64,000 nt of DNA, from the NCBI GenBank assembly GCA_963734945.1, contig CAVTJF010000063.1, positions 75,496-139,495 of the forward strand, in the 5' to 3' direction. The notes under the pieces are model-generated. The model was not told where the DNA came from, made no database searches, and saw only the letters and a list, made by a program, of their open reading frames with translations. The translations under genes were made by a program, and so were the position numbers. Origin of the DNA: an uncultured Gammaproteobacteria bacterium. Lineage in GTDB: Bacteria; Pseudomonadota; Gammaproteobacteria; Xanthomonadales; Rhodanobacteraceae. Positions 1-8,550 of the stretch are shown here, piece by piece; position 1 is the stretch's first letter; every line of letters begins with the position of its first letter.

Positions 1-893
1 TCGGCGGTCTTGAGTTTCAGCACCACGGTGCGGGCCACGCGCGGGTGCTCGTCGTCGTGCTTGCGTTCGTAGGCGGCCCAGGTCTTGGCGGCCAGCCGGC
101 GGATGTGCGGTTCCAGTTGCTCCAGCAGCAGGTCCTCGGCGAAGGTGTCTTCGGAGGAGATCTGTTGCAGCAGACGCTCGTTGCTGACCGGGCGCTCGTC
201 GATGCCGCGTGCCAGTTCATGCAGGCGACGGCCCCAGCGGCCAAAGCGTCGCTCCAGTTCGTGTTGTGCCAGGCCGCGCAGGTCCCCGACGGTGTGCACG
301 CCCAGTTCGGCCAGCCTTGCCTGCATGACCTTGCCGACGCCGGGTATCAGGCCCACCTTCAGTTTCACCAGAAATGCATCGACATCGCGCGGGCGCACCA
401 CGAACTGGCCGTCGGGCTTGTTCCAGTCCGAGGCAATCTTGGCCAGAAACTTGTTGGGCGCGATGCCGGCCGAGGCGGTGAGCCCGGTTTCCTCGCGGAT
501 GGATGCGCGGATGGCTTCGGCGCAGGCGGTGGCCGAGGGCAGGCCCGACTCGGCGGCGGTGACATCGAGAAAGGCCTCATCCAGTGACAGCGGTTCGATC
601 AGCGAGGTATGGCGGCCGAAGATGTCGTGGATCTGGCGCGACACGGCCTTGTAGCGGGGGAAGTCCGGGGCCACGAATGCGGCCTCGGGGCACAGCCGTT
701 CGGCACGCAGCGCCGGCATGGCCGAATGCACGCCGAACTTGCGCGCCTCGTAACTGGCCGCGCACACCACCGAGCGCGCGCCGCGCCAGGCCACGACCAC
801 GGGCCGGCCGCGCAGGGATGGATCATCACGCTGTTCCACCGACGCATAGAATGCGTCCATGTCGACGTGGATGATCTTGCGTGGAGCGGCCAT
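1..893 (-). CDS. dinB: DNA polymerase IV (Y-family), C-terminus off-window
   Basis: Minus-strand frame is open from the window edge to ATG at 893. It is absent from the ORF track because no stop lies in the window. My translation starts MAAPRKIIHVDMDAFYASVEQRDDPSLRGRPVVVAWRGARSVVCAASYEARKFGVHSAMP, the Pol IV N-terminal signature. Confidence 0.9.
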   Translation of the reverse strand, partial: MAAPRKIIHVDMDAFYASVEQRDDPSLRGRPVVVAWRGARSVVCAASYEARKFGVHSAMPALRAERLCPEAAFVAPDFPRYKAVSRQIHDIFGRHTSLIEPLSLDEAFLDVTAAESGLPSATACAEAIRASIREETGLTASAGIAPNKFLAKIASDWNKPDGQFVVRPRDVDAFLVKLKVGLIPGVGKVMQARLAELGVHTVGDLRGLAQHELERRFGRWGRRLHELARGIDERPVSNERLLQQISSEDTFAEDLLLEQLEPHIRRLAAKTWAAYERKHDDEHPRVARTVVLKLKTA

Positions 894-1006
894 GGTCAAT
901 CTGCAAAAGGGGTATATGGATTGTACTCAAGCCCCGGGCGGCACAGTGCAGTCGCCTGGAAGTCCGAGCTGCAATCCGGACTGACAGCGCAGGGTGAGGT
1001 GCCAGC

Positions 1007-2347
1007 TCAGCGCCAGAATGGAATGACGGTGATGTTGTCGTCATCCTTGTCGTGGTGTTCCCGGTCGCGGCGTGGTGGGTTGCTCACACGCAGCAGATGC
1101 CTCCCTGCTGCCAGGTCTCTCACGTCGATCATGGCGACCAGTGCCGGCCGGTTTGTTCGCGGATCGCTGCCGGAGTCGTAGCGCAAATTCGACAAGGGTT
1201 CGCCATCCAGGCTTGCCGCATGCAGCTGCGCCAGGCACTCCAGTGTGGCTGCTGCCCTTGCATCGTCATCTGACAACGCCAGAGCGCCTGCGCACTTGTC
1301 CCGCAGCGCCGGTGTGTCCCGACTCGGCTGGTAGGGCACCACCAGCTGCAAATAGGGACCGCTGATGACAGCACCTTGCACATACGGCACGGCTGGATCG
1401 TGGGCGGGGTCGCGCTGGTCGTCATAGTGGCTGGCCGAAATGGCTTGACCACTGTGCGCGCTGATATCCGGGAACAGCGCATAGTTGCCCACAAGCTCCG
1501 GGTTTTTCACGCCGGCTATGCCGAGAGCCACGGCAAAGGCTGCCATGAAGAAAACAAGAAAGACAAGAATGTTCACGTGACGCTCATTGCCGTGACTGGC
1601 CATTAGCATCATTACCTGCGAGCCCCGGTCCGGGCGTATCCGCGTGTGCAGGTTGATCATGCTGGTCAGCAGGCGCTGCCAACGGCCCGTACCGTTCAGT
1701 CGATGGCCGAACCTGCGATCCACAATCCGCAAGATCAGCATCGGCATGAGCAAGAGCATGGCCGCCGCAGTGAAAACCCACAGAGGGTCGAAGTCGAGCC
1801 CCAGCGCTGCCATGATGGAAATCGATATCGCAAAAAACAGTCCGGCGGCTATGCCCAACACCAGCATGAAGGTGGCGAGCATGACGCCGAATGCGAACAC
1901 GATGGTGGCGCGGTTGTCGGCGCGCTCGATGGCTTCATCGGTGGGTCGGGATTGGCGCTGGTTGGCCGCACGGTACAAGGGGCCCATGCGCAGCTTTTCC
2001 CACCTCACGCCATCGGGGTATACCGAATGCATGCCCACCAGGGCGATCCATTGCGCGCGCAACAGCAGATGCAGGGCGAAGCTGAATGCCAGGATCAGCG
2101 CAGCGCACTTGAGATAGATGTAGAGCATTCTCAATGCGCTGGCCCACTCGGCATCAAAGCGCGGGGTCAGCATGAAAAGCTTGTCGTCCAGCCAGCCCGG
2201 CAGCTGCAGCATGGCGAAGACCGCCACGCCGGAGATCAGCAGTTCCACTTCCCAGGTCGGGGTGGTATGGCGGGGCAGCCGGTCGCTGTCCTCGCCGCCA
2301 TGGGCCGGCTTCTGGCCAGTGATCCCCCGCTTCTCGCCTTCGCTCAT
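1007..2347 (-). CDS. hypothetical multi-pass membrane protein (446 aa)
   Basis: Long ORF with several hydrophobic helices (e.g. ATIVFAFGVMLATFMLVLGIAAGLFFAISISIMAAL). Start re-set to ATG 2347 (MSEGEKRG...), which is preceded by GAAGGAG 7 nt upstream. No family recognised. Confidence 0.6.
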   Translation of the reverse strand: MSEGEKRGITGQKPAHGGEDSDRLPRHTTPTWEVELLISGVAVFAMLQLPGWLDDKLFMLTPRFDAEWASALRMLYIYLKCAALILAFSFALHLLLRAQWIALVGMHSVYPDGVRWEKLRMGPLYRAANQRQSRPTDEAIERADNRATIVFAFGVMLATFMLVLGIAAGLFFAISISIMAALGLDFDPLWVFTAAAMLLLMPMLILRIVDRRFGHRLNGTGRWQRLLTSMINLHTRIRPDRGSQVMMLMASHGNERHVNILVFLVFFMAAFAVALGIAGVKNPELVGNYALFPDISAHSGQAISASHYDDQRDPAHDPAVPYVQGAVISGPYLQLVVPYQPSRDTPALRDKCAGALALSDDDARAAATLECLAQLHAASLDGEPLSNLRYDSGSDPRTNRPALVAMIDVRDLAAGRHLLRVSNPPRRDREHHDKDDDNITVIPFWR

Positions 2348-2619
2348 CACCGGGCTCCTTCGCAAGAGATGTCAGTCTAGGTGGCGGCGTGGCTGCGATA
2401 CAAGCGCGCGTGGCGGGGTCCGCTGCGGGCAGGTTCGGGCCTTCATGGCGTTGGCGCATGGCCCGGATCGCAGCCGCCCGGGCCGGGCGATCGGGACGGG
2501 CGGCGCGATGCCGGCGTCACGGACCAATCAGCACGCTTTGCCGAAACCCCGGCTGCGGTTCAGTTTTCGGGTAAAAATCCCTGTATTATTCGCAGCTTGG
2601 CAGGTGCAAGGAATGACAG

Positions 2620-3564
2620 ATGATCGGATGGATTGTTGCCGCAGCGGCCGTGGTGCTGGCATTGCTGCTGGTGTTGCGGCTGCGCTCGCAATTGGCGAGC
2701 AGCCGGGCGCAGAGCGAAGAGTCGCGACGGGTCCTGCATCAGGTGCAGGAAGAGGCAGAGAAGCAGCGTTCGGATGCCGTCCTGGGGCGCATGCTGGGTG
2801 ACCTGGCCGAGAGCCTGGTACACGAGCCGTCGGCGCCGACGACCCTGCCGGAGAGCCTGGTTGAGGTTCTGGTCGATTATCACAAGCGCGTGCACGACTA
2901 CGATGCCGCCGTGCAGTACTGCCTGCAACCGGTGGAGCTGATGCCGGGCGCTGATGAGGACGATCTGGAGCAACTGATGGCGCACGTCACCGGTGCACGC
3001 AAACGCCTGTTCCAGGCGCGTGCTGCCCTGGTTGATGACGACATGCTGCAGCGCATGCCGGAGCTGCTCGAGAAAGCCGTGGTACCGGTGCCCGATGACG
3101 ACGTCGGCGTGGCCCTGGCAACGGTGGCCATGGCCGGGCGGGGCAACCATGCCATCGAGCTGGGTGAGGTGATTGACGGTGCGCTGGTGCTGACCCGCGC
3201 CCGCAATCCGCAGGGGCCGGAGCTGGAGTCCAGTGTGCAGGATCTGCCGGTGCTGCCGCCGTGGCCGTGGCTGCCGCCGACCCTGGTGAACCTGTTGCAG
3301 GTGGGCATGCGCGGATGTGCCGTGGACACCGTGGCGCAGTTTGAAGCGCGCTTCGACAACGGCCAGGTGGACATCGCGTTTTCCGGCGCGCGCAGGGAAG
3401 ACCTCAGCGATGCCGAGCAGGAGGCGCTGCAGACCGCGCTGTTTGATCACCAGAATCGCCTGGATGAAGAGGGTCTGCGTCTGGCCATCGGCGACGACGA
3501 CCCGCGTCAGCATGGCTTCACCCTGAGCATTCCCCTGTCTGACGGAGCCGCCGACAAGCTGTGA
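2620..3564 (+). CDS. hypothetical protein with N-terminal membrane anchor (314 aa)
   Basis: MIGWIVAAAAVVLALLLVLRL anchor followed by an acidic soluble region. AAGGAA lies upstream of the ATG. The stop overlaps the next gene's GTG (GTGA). Confidence 0.55.
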   Translation: MIGWIVAAAAVVLALLLVLRLRSQLASSRAQSEESRRVLHQVQEEAEKQRSDAVLGRMLGDLAESLVHEPSAPTTLPESLVEVLVDYHKRVHDYDAAVQYCLQPVELMPGADEDDLEQLMAHVTGARKRLFQARAALVDDDMLQRMPELLEKAVVPVPDDDVGVALATVAMAGRGNHAIELGEVIDGALVLTRARNPQGPELESSVQDLPVLPPWPWLPPTLVNLLQVGMRGCAVDTVAQFEARFDNGQVDIAFSGARREDLSDAEQEALQTALFDHQNRLDEEGLRLAIGDDDPRQHGFTLSIPLSDGAADKL

Positions 3565-4448
3565 GTACCTCGGCCGTGGCGGCATCGGCCCCGCTGCTGG
3601 TTTTTGGTGGCAGCGGTCAGGTCGGCGCGCGGGTGCTGGCGCGATGCCGCGCGCTGCGGCAGCCGGTGCTGGCGCTCAGCAGGCACGCGGGACGGCATGT
3701 CGGCGATGACGGCGTGCGCTGGATCGGTGCGCGCCTGCCCGATGCGGTGCCACCCCTGCCGCCGGTAGCGGCCGTGCTCAGCCTCGGTCCGCTGGATCTG
3801 TTTGTCGAGTGGTTCACGCGCTGGCGCCCGACCGCTGCCGTGCAGGTGGTTGCCCTGAGTTCAATGAGCGCCGTGAGCAAGGCCCGATCACCACATCGCG
3901 GTGAGCGCGAGCTGGCCGAGCGCATGCGCCGCGCCGAGGATGCGCTTGCCCGCCGTTGCGACGACCTGGGTGCGCCCTGGACGGTGCTGCGCCCGACCCT
4001 GTTATGGGGCACGGGCATGGATCGAAGCCTGAGCCGTCTGGCGCGCATGGCCATGCGCTGGCGCTGCATGCCGCTGCCGCAGGCCCGTGGCTTGCGCCAG
4101 CCCGTGCATGTGGACGACGTGGCGGCGGCGGTGCTGGCAAGCCTGCACAACGCCGATGCCAGCGGCAGCTGCATCGAGTGTGGCGGGGGCGAGCGGCTGG
4201 CGGTCCACGAGTTGTTTCGGCGCGTTCGCGACAGCGTGCCGCAGCGCACCGTGGCGCTTCCGGTGCCGGCACTCCTGCTGCGCGGGGTGGCGCCCATGGC
4301 CCGTTTCAGCCGGGCCGCGTCCGCCGCCGCGCGGCTGAATGATGATCTGCTGGCCGACAATGCGCGCCTCGAGCGGGTGCTTGGCGTGCATCCACGCGGC
4401 TTTGGCCCCGTGCCGGCAGACTGGCAGCCACCCCCGACCGGGGGCTGA
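3561..4448 (+). CDS. NAD(P)-binding Rossmann-fold protein (SDR/epimerase-like)
   Basis: N-terminal LLVFGGSGQVGARVL glycine-rich dinucleotide-binding motif. GTGA overlap with the upstream gene. Confidence 0.6.
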   Translation: MSTSAVAASAPLLVFGGSGQVGARVLARCRALRQPVLALSRHAGRHVGDDGVRWIGARLPDAVPPLPPVAAVLSLGPLDLFVEWFTRWRPTAAVQVVALSSMSAVSKARSPHRGERELAERMRRAEDALARRCDDLGAPWTVLRPTLLWGTGMDRSLSRLARMAMRWRCMPLPQARGLRQPVHVDDVAAAVLASLHNADASGSCIECGGGERLAVHELFRRVRDSVPQRTVALPVPALLLRGVAPMARFSRAASAAARLNDDLLADNARLERVLGVHPRGFGPVPADWQPPPTGG

Positions 4449-4679
4449 TCCGGGGCGCCGGGCGCAGGCTTCGCCGGCAGCGCATGCCGCTACCTGCGCC
4501 GAATCCGCCTTCCGGCCGGTCGCTTTTTGATGCATCGCAGCAGCGCAGCGTCCGCTGCGGGCGAACGCAATGATTGCAAACATGCGTTTGAACTGCATAA
4601 GATAGCGGGGGATACTCCGAACACGCCCGCGCATGCCCGATGCCCTGCAAGGCGCCCCGCGCACAAGGAAACTTTCATC

Positions 4680-6800
4680 ATGCAGCTTCGTAACCTATTC
4701 ACACTGATCGCTCTTGGCCTTTTGCTGACCGCATGCGGTGGTAGCGGTTCTTCCAGCATTGGCAACACGCCGCCGCCGACACCGGCCATCGTCGCCAACT
4801 TCGATCCGGCCAACAGTGTTATCCCGTTCCCGAACAACCTGCTGTTTTCGGAAACCAAGGATCTCACCCTCAATATTCCGGTGGCCGATCCCACCGACTA
4901 CAGTGATCCGCAGGTTGCGCTGAACGCACTCGACGGCTTCAGCACCGTGGCGCCCTGGAGCACCACGTTTTCCGCTGCACCCGCTCCCACTTCGATCGGG
5001 GCCGGCGTCAATGTGCATGTCTACGAGGTAACGCTGGACCAGCCGGGCGGCAAGGTCACCGGCATTACACGGGAGCTGTCCTCTCCACAGGAGTACGTGG
5101 TTGCCATGGCGCCGTCCGATGCCGACGGCAAGACGCTTGCCATCGTGCCCACCAGCCCGCTCAAGCCCATGACCAGCTACATGGTGGTGCTGACCAACGG
5201 CATCACCGACGACAACGGCAAGCCGGTGACCGCCTCGTTGACCTACACCCTGGCAAAGGGCGCCGGCGCCCTTTGCGTGAACGGCAAGTCCACCAGCGAA
5301 TCGCTCACCGATGACCAGGCCTGCAAGCTGGAGCCGGTGCGGCAGCTGGTCAATTCCCAGGAAGCTGCAGCCGCCGACGAAGGCGTTTCCCGTGCGGACA
5401 TCGTTTTGTCGTGGGTAGCCACGACCGAAAGCACCAACACGGTGCTGGATGCCTTGAGCGCCAAGATCGAGCAGGGCCCTGCCGCGGAAACGCACTTCAT
5501 TCCGACCGGCCAGACGCTGCAGACTGTCGGCGTCGGTGCGCCGATCGCCGATATCTCCATCGGCTACATCAAGCTGCCCTACTATCTGGGTGTGCCTACC
5601 GCGCAGAATCCATTGCCGCCGCTGACCGACTTCTGGCAGGCCGCTCCCGGCGCCTACGTGCCGCCCGCCAGCGGTTTCGGACTCGACCCCACGTCCACCA
5701 ACGTCACGGCCTACAACCCGTTCCCGGTGGCCGACGCCACGGTAGGCGCGCCGCTGCTGGTGACCGTGCCCAACGCCAATTCCGGCAAGTCCCGTCCCGC
5801 GACAGGCTGGCCGGTGGTGATCTTCCAGCACGGCATCACCCGCAATCGCACCGACATGCTGGCGGTGGCGCAAACCCTCGCCTCGCAGGGCTATGCCGTC
5901 ATCGCCATGGATCTGCCGTTGCACGGCGTGGATCCGAGCAACCCGTTCTACATCGGCAACAGCCCGTTCGCAGCCTCCGCCAGCGAGCGCACATTCAATC
6001 TGGATGTGATGAACAACCAGACCGGTGCCCCCGGTCCGGATGGCAACGTCGATGCTTCCGGCTCGCACTTCATCAACCTGCAGAGCCTGCTGACCTCGCG
6101 CGACAATCTGCGCGAGGGCGTGGCCGATCTGGTTGAGCTGGAACACGCCATCGGCAGCATGAATGTCGACGGTCAGCCGGGTGCCGATTTCGATGCCAGC
6201 AAGATCACCTTTGTAGGCCAGTCGCTGGGCGCCATTGTCGGCACCACCTTCATGGCAGTCGACAGCAACGTCCACACGGCACTGCTGAACGTGCCTGGCG
6301 GCGGCATTGCACGCCTGCTGGATGGCTCCGTGTCGATCGGGCCGCAGATTCGCGCCGGCTTGTCGCAGGCGGGCGTCGAGCAGGGCACGCCGGAATACGA
6401 CCAGTTCTTCCTGGCGGCGCAGACCGCGGTGGATTCGGCTGACCCGATCAATTTCGCCCGGTTCACCGGTGGCAAGGCGCTGCTGCTGCAGGAAGTGGTC
6501 GGCAGCGACAGTTCGCCGTCTGATCAGGTGGTGCCCAACAACGTGCCAGGCGCACCGCTTTCGGGTACCGATCCGCTGATCGCGGCGCTGGGCCTGAATG
6601 TCATCGACAGTTCCGCGCAGAGCGCTGATCCGATTCGTGTCGCCACCCGCTTCACCAGCGGCGAGCATGGTTCCCTGCTGGATCCGACCTCGGCACCGGC
6701 GGTCACTGCCGAAATGCAGGGCGAGATGGCCAGCCTGTTCCTGAGCGGCGGGCACGCCGTGCAGGTGACCAATCCCGCGGTACTCAAGCCCGTCGAATAG
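4680..6800 (+). CDS. lipoprotein alpha/beta-hydrolase, probable extracellular lipase/esterase (706 aa)
   Basis: Internal ATG 4680 gives MQLRNLFTLIALGLLLTACGGSGSS, a signal peptide with lipobox LLTAC. FVGQSLGAIVG matches the GxSxG nucleophile elbow. Size and architecture recall VolA/Pla-1-type lipoprotein lipases (from memory, unverified). Confidence 0.7.
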   Translation: MQLRNLFTLIALGLLLTACGGSGSSSIGNTPPPTPAIVANFDPANSVIPFPNNLLFSETKDLTLNIPVADPTDYSDPQVALNALDGFSTVAPWSTTFSAAPAPTSIGAGVNVHVYEVTLDQPGGKVTGITRELSSPQEYVVAMAPSDADGKTLAIVPTSPLKPMTSYMVVLTNGITDDNGKPVTASLTYTLAKGAGALCVNGKSTSESLTDDQACKLEPVRQLVNSQEAAAADEGVSRADIVLSWVATTESTNTVLDALSAKIEQGPAAETHFIPTGQTLQTVGVGAPIADISIGYIKLPYYLGVPTAQNPLPPLTDFWQAAPGAYVPPASGFGLDPTSTNVTAYNPFPVADATVGAPLLVTVPNANSGKSRPATGWPVVIFQHGITRNRTDMLAVAQTLASQGYAVIAMDLPLHGVDPSNPFYIGNSPFAASASERTFNLDVMNNQTGAPGPDGNVDASGSHFINLQSLLTSRDNLREGVADLVELEHAIGSMNVDGQPGADFDASKITFVGQSLGAIVGTTFMAVDSNVHTALLNVPGGGIARLLDGSVSIGPQIRAGLSQAGVEQGTPEYDQFFLAAQTAVDSADPINFARFTGGKALLLQEVVGSDSSPSDQVVPNNVPGAPLSGTDPLIAALGLNVIDSSAQSADPIRVATRFTSGEHGSLLDPTSAPAVTAEMQGEMASLFLSGGHAVQVTNPAVLKPVE

Positions 6801-6819
6801 CATTCGCGAGCTTTCGCTG

Positions 6820-6858
6820 AAAAAACGGCCGCTTCGCAGGAAGCGGCCGTTTTCTTTT
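6820..6858. terminator. bidirectional rho-independent terminator after the lipase gene
   Basis: 11-bp perfect stem ACGGCCGCTTC / GAAGCGGCCGT (6825-6835 / 6840-6850) with a 4-nt loop. An A-run lies on the left and TTTTCTTTT on the right. Confidence 0.8.
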
Positions 6859-6859
6859 G

Positions 6860-7145
6860 GGACCCTCTGATTAACCCTGAGCAGGTGGCATGACGTCCAG
6901 AAAGTCTGCAGTTCGTGCCGCGTGGCGCCGTGCAGGCTGGACTGCCTGGACAAGCCGTGCGGCGCGGAATGCGGGCTTTCTGGGCGTCACCCAGGCGTTC
7001 AGATTCAAAAAGTTGGGCCCATGGTGTCTGTCCACAACCCTGCGTTGCACTGACTTGACAGGCAACCAGCCTGCCTGCGCCAGCGCGTCTTGACTTGCGA
7101 ACAGACACCATGGGTGACACCTGCTCAGGGTTAATCAGAGGGTCC
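6860..7145. mobile_element. MITE-like non-autonomous element (286 bp) with perfect 28-bp terminal inverted repeats
   Basis: GGACCCTCTGATTAACCCTGAGCAGGTG at 6860-6887 is the exact reverse complement of 7118-7145. It is flanked by TTG (6857-6859) and TTG (7146-7148), a possible 3-bp target duplication. There is no credible transposase ORF inside. A nested 14-bp inverted repeat CCCATGGTGTCTGT lies at 7018-7031 / 7101-7114. The element is inserted immediately after a terminator. Confidence 0.6.
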
Positions 7146-7209
7146 TTGTGCGCCAGTCAAGCTGAATAAATACAGGACAAGGCATAATCGGGTAATCCCT
7201 GAATCTGGA

Positions 7210-8043
7210 ATGGTCATGAGTGCAAACAAATCAAGCGGCAGCCTGGTCTGCGTGGGCATAGGCATGACCCTGGGTTCACACATCGGACCGCTCGCTCGCA
7301 GTCATATCGAGCAGGCTGATGTCGTGTTCGTGGCGGCATCCGATGGCGTGGTGGAAAAGTGGGTCGAGGAAATGCATGCGGATGTGCGCAGCCTGCAGCC
7401 GCTTTACGGCAACGGCCGCTCGCGCATGCAGACCTACCACGCCATGATCGATACGCTTCTGGCCGAGGTACGCCAGGGCAGGACGGTGTGCGCAGCCTTC
7501 TACGGGCACCCGGGCGTGTTCGCCTGGCCGGCGCATCGTGCCATCGAGCTGGCCCGCGAGCAGGGCTACGATGCGCAGATGGTGCCGGGAATTTCCGCCG
7601 AGGATTGCCTTTATGCCGATCTGGGAATCGATCCGGGCAAATTCGGCTGCCAGCACTACGAGACGACCCAGATGATGATCTACAAGCGCCGCCTCGATCC
7701 CAGCGCCTATCTGGTGTTGTGGCAGGCGGGCGTGGCCGGGGACCGCAGCCTCAAGCGACTCGAGACTGCCGCCGGCTATCGCCAGATACTGGTGGATTTG
7801 CTGGCGCAGGATTATCCGCTGGATCACCCGGTCATAATCTACCGCGCGGTAACGCTGCCTATTCATGAACCGCGCATGGATACGGTTGCGCTGGCCGATT
7901 TGCCTGGCGCGGATATCGGCATGCAGGATACTCTGGTACTCAAACCCGCCCAGCCAATGCAGCAAAACCGTGAAGTGCGTAGCTGCATTGACAAGCTGGA
8001 TGGGAGCATACTGAAAGGGCTTGGACCGGTCGCAAACGGCTGA
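7210..8043 (+). CDS. borosin-type peptide alpha-N-methyltransferase (tetrapyrrole-methylase fold, OphMA/SonM-like)
   Basis: Motifs match my recollection of the OphMA methyltransferase domain. These are [68 protein letters not shown] and [10 protein letters not shown]. Length is 277 aa, like the stand-alone SonM. Confidence 0.8.
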   Translation: [277 protein letters not shown]

Positions 8044-8056
8044 TTCGGGCAGGGGG

Positions 8057-8082
8057 CGGTCGGTTGCTCGATAAACCGACCG
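8057..8082 (+). promoter_or_regulatory. intercistronic stem-loop between methyltransferase and precursor genes
   Basis: 9-bp stem CGGTCGGTT / AACCGACCG with an 8-nt loop. It is followed about 8 nt later by CTTTTC. It could be a partial terminator or an mRNA-processing or stability element. Confidence 0.3.
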
Positions 8083-8147
8083 ACCGATCCCTTTTCGCCG
8101 CTCCCTGAGGAGTTGGCCCTGACAACATCTCATTTGAGGGAATAACA

Positions 8148-8405
8148 ATGTCCAACCTTATCCGCTTTCTCGAAAATCTTGGCCAGAATGCAAGCATGCG
8201 CCAGGCCACCAAGCCCGCGCTGTACTCGGCCATGAACAATGCGCAGATCGACGCTGATGCCCAGTGGGCCATCTTGCGCGGCGATCAGGATCGGCTGGCG
8301 TCGGTGCTGGATGCACGCCGCAACATGGTCTGTCTGATCATGGCGCCGCAGGCTTACGCCGAAGAGGCTGTGCAGCTGTCTCCGCGCCTTGCCGAGACCG
8401 GCTGA
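8148..8405 (+). CDS. borosin precursor peptide (SonA-like, 85 aa)
   Basis: GAGGGA SD 7 nt upstream of the ATG. The N-terminus MSNLIRFLENLGQNASM resembles the SonA start MSGLSDFFTQLGQDAQL (from memory). A hydrophobic candidate core NMVCLIMAPQ lies near the C-terminus. The gene is directly downstream of the methyltransferase. Confidence 0.7.
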   Translation: MSNLIRFLENLGQNASMRQATKPALYSAMNNAQIDADAQWAILRGDQDRLASVLDARRNMVCLIMAPQAYAEEAVQLSPRLAETG

Positions 8406-8550
8406 ACGCCGGAGATGTGCCGAGCGGCCAGCGAGGCAGAGTCATGGAACACCCTGTGACATCCAACACCAGCATGCGACGCCGGGCAGCTATTCGTCTG
8501 GCGCAGCGTGCTGGTGCTGCTTCTCCTGTGCCCTGTTGCGCTGGGCGCAT

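Noticed and set aside
4695-6953. 752-aa minus-strand ORF antisense to the lipase gene
   Set aside because: It is Arg/Gly/Ala-rich with no motifs, and it lies exactly opposite a gene that has a lipobox and GxSxG. This is a typical high-GC antisense open frame.
6890-7093. 67-aa ORF inside the MITE-like element as a transposase or small protein
   Set aside because: It has no SD, an Arg/Ala/Trp-rich composition, and is far too short for a transposase.
8389-8550. TTG start at 8389 for the GGDEF gene
   Set aside because: It lies inside the precursor-peptide gene and has no SD. The encoded 54 aa (…GAACWCCFSCALLRWA) is a poor signal sequence.
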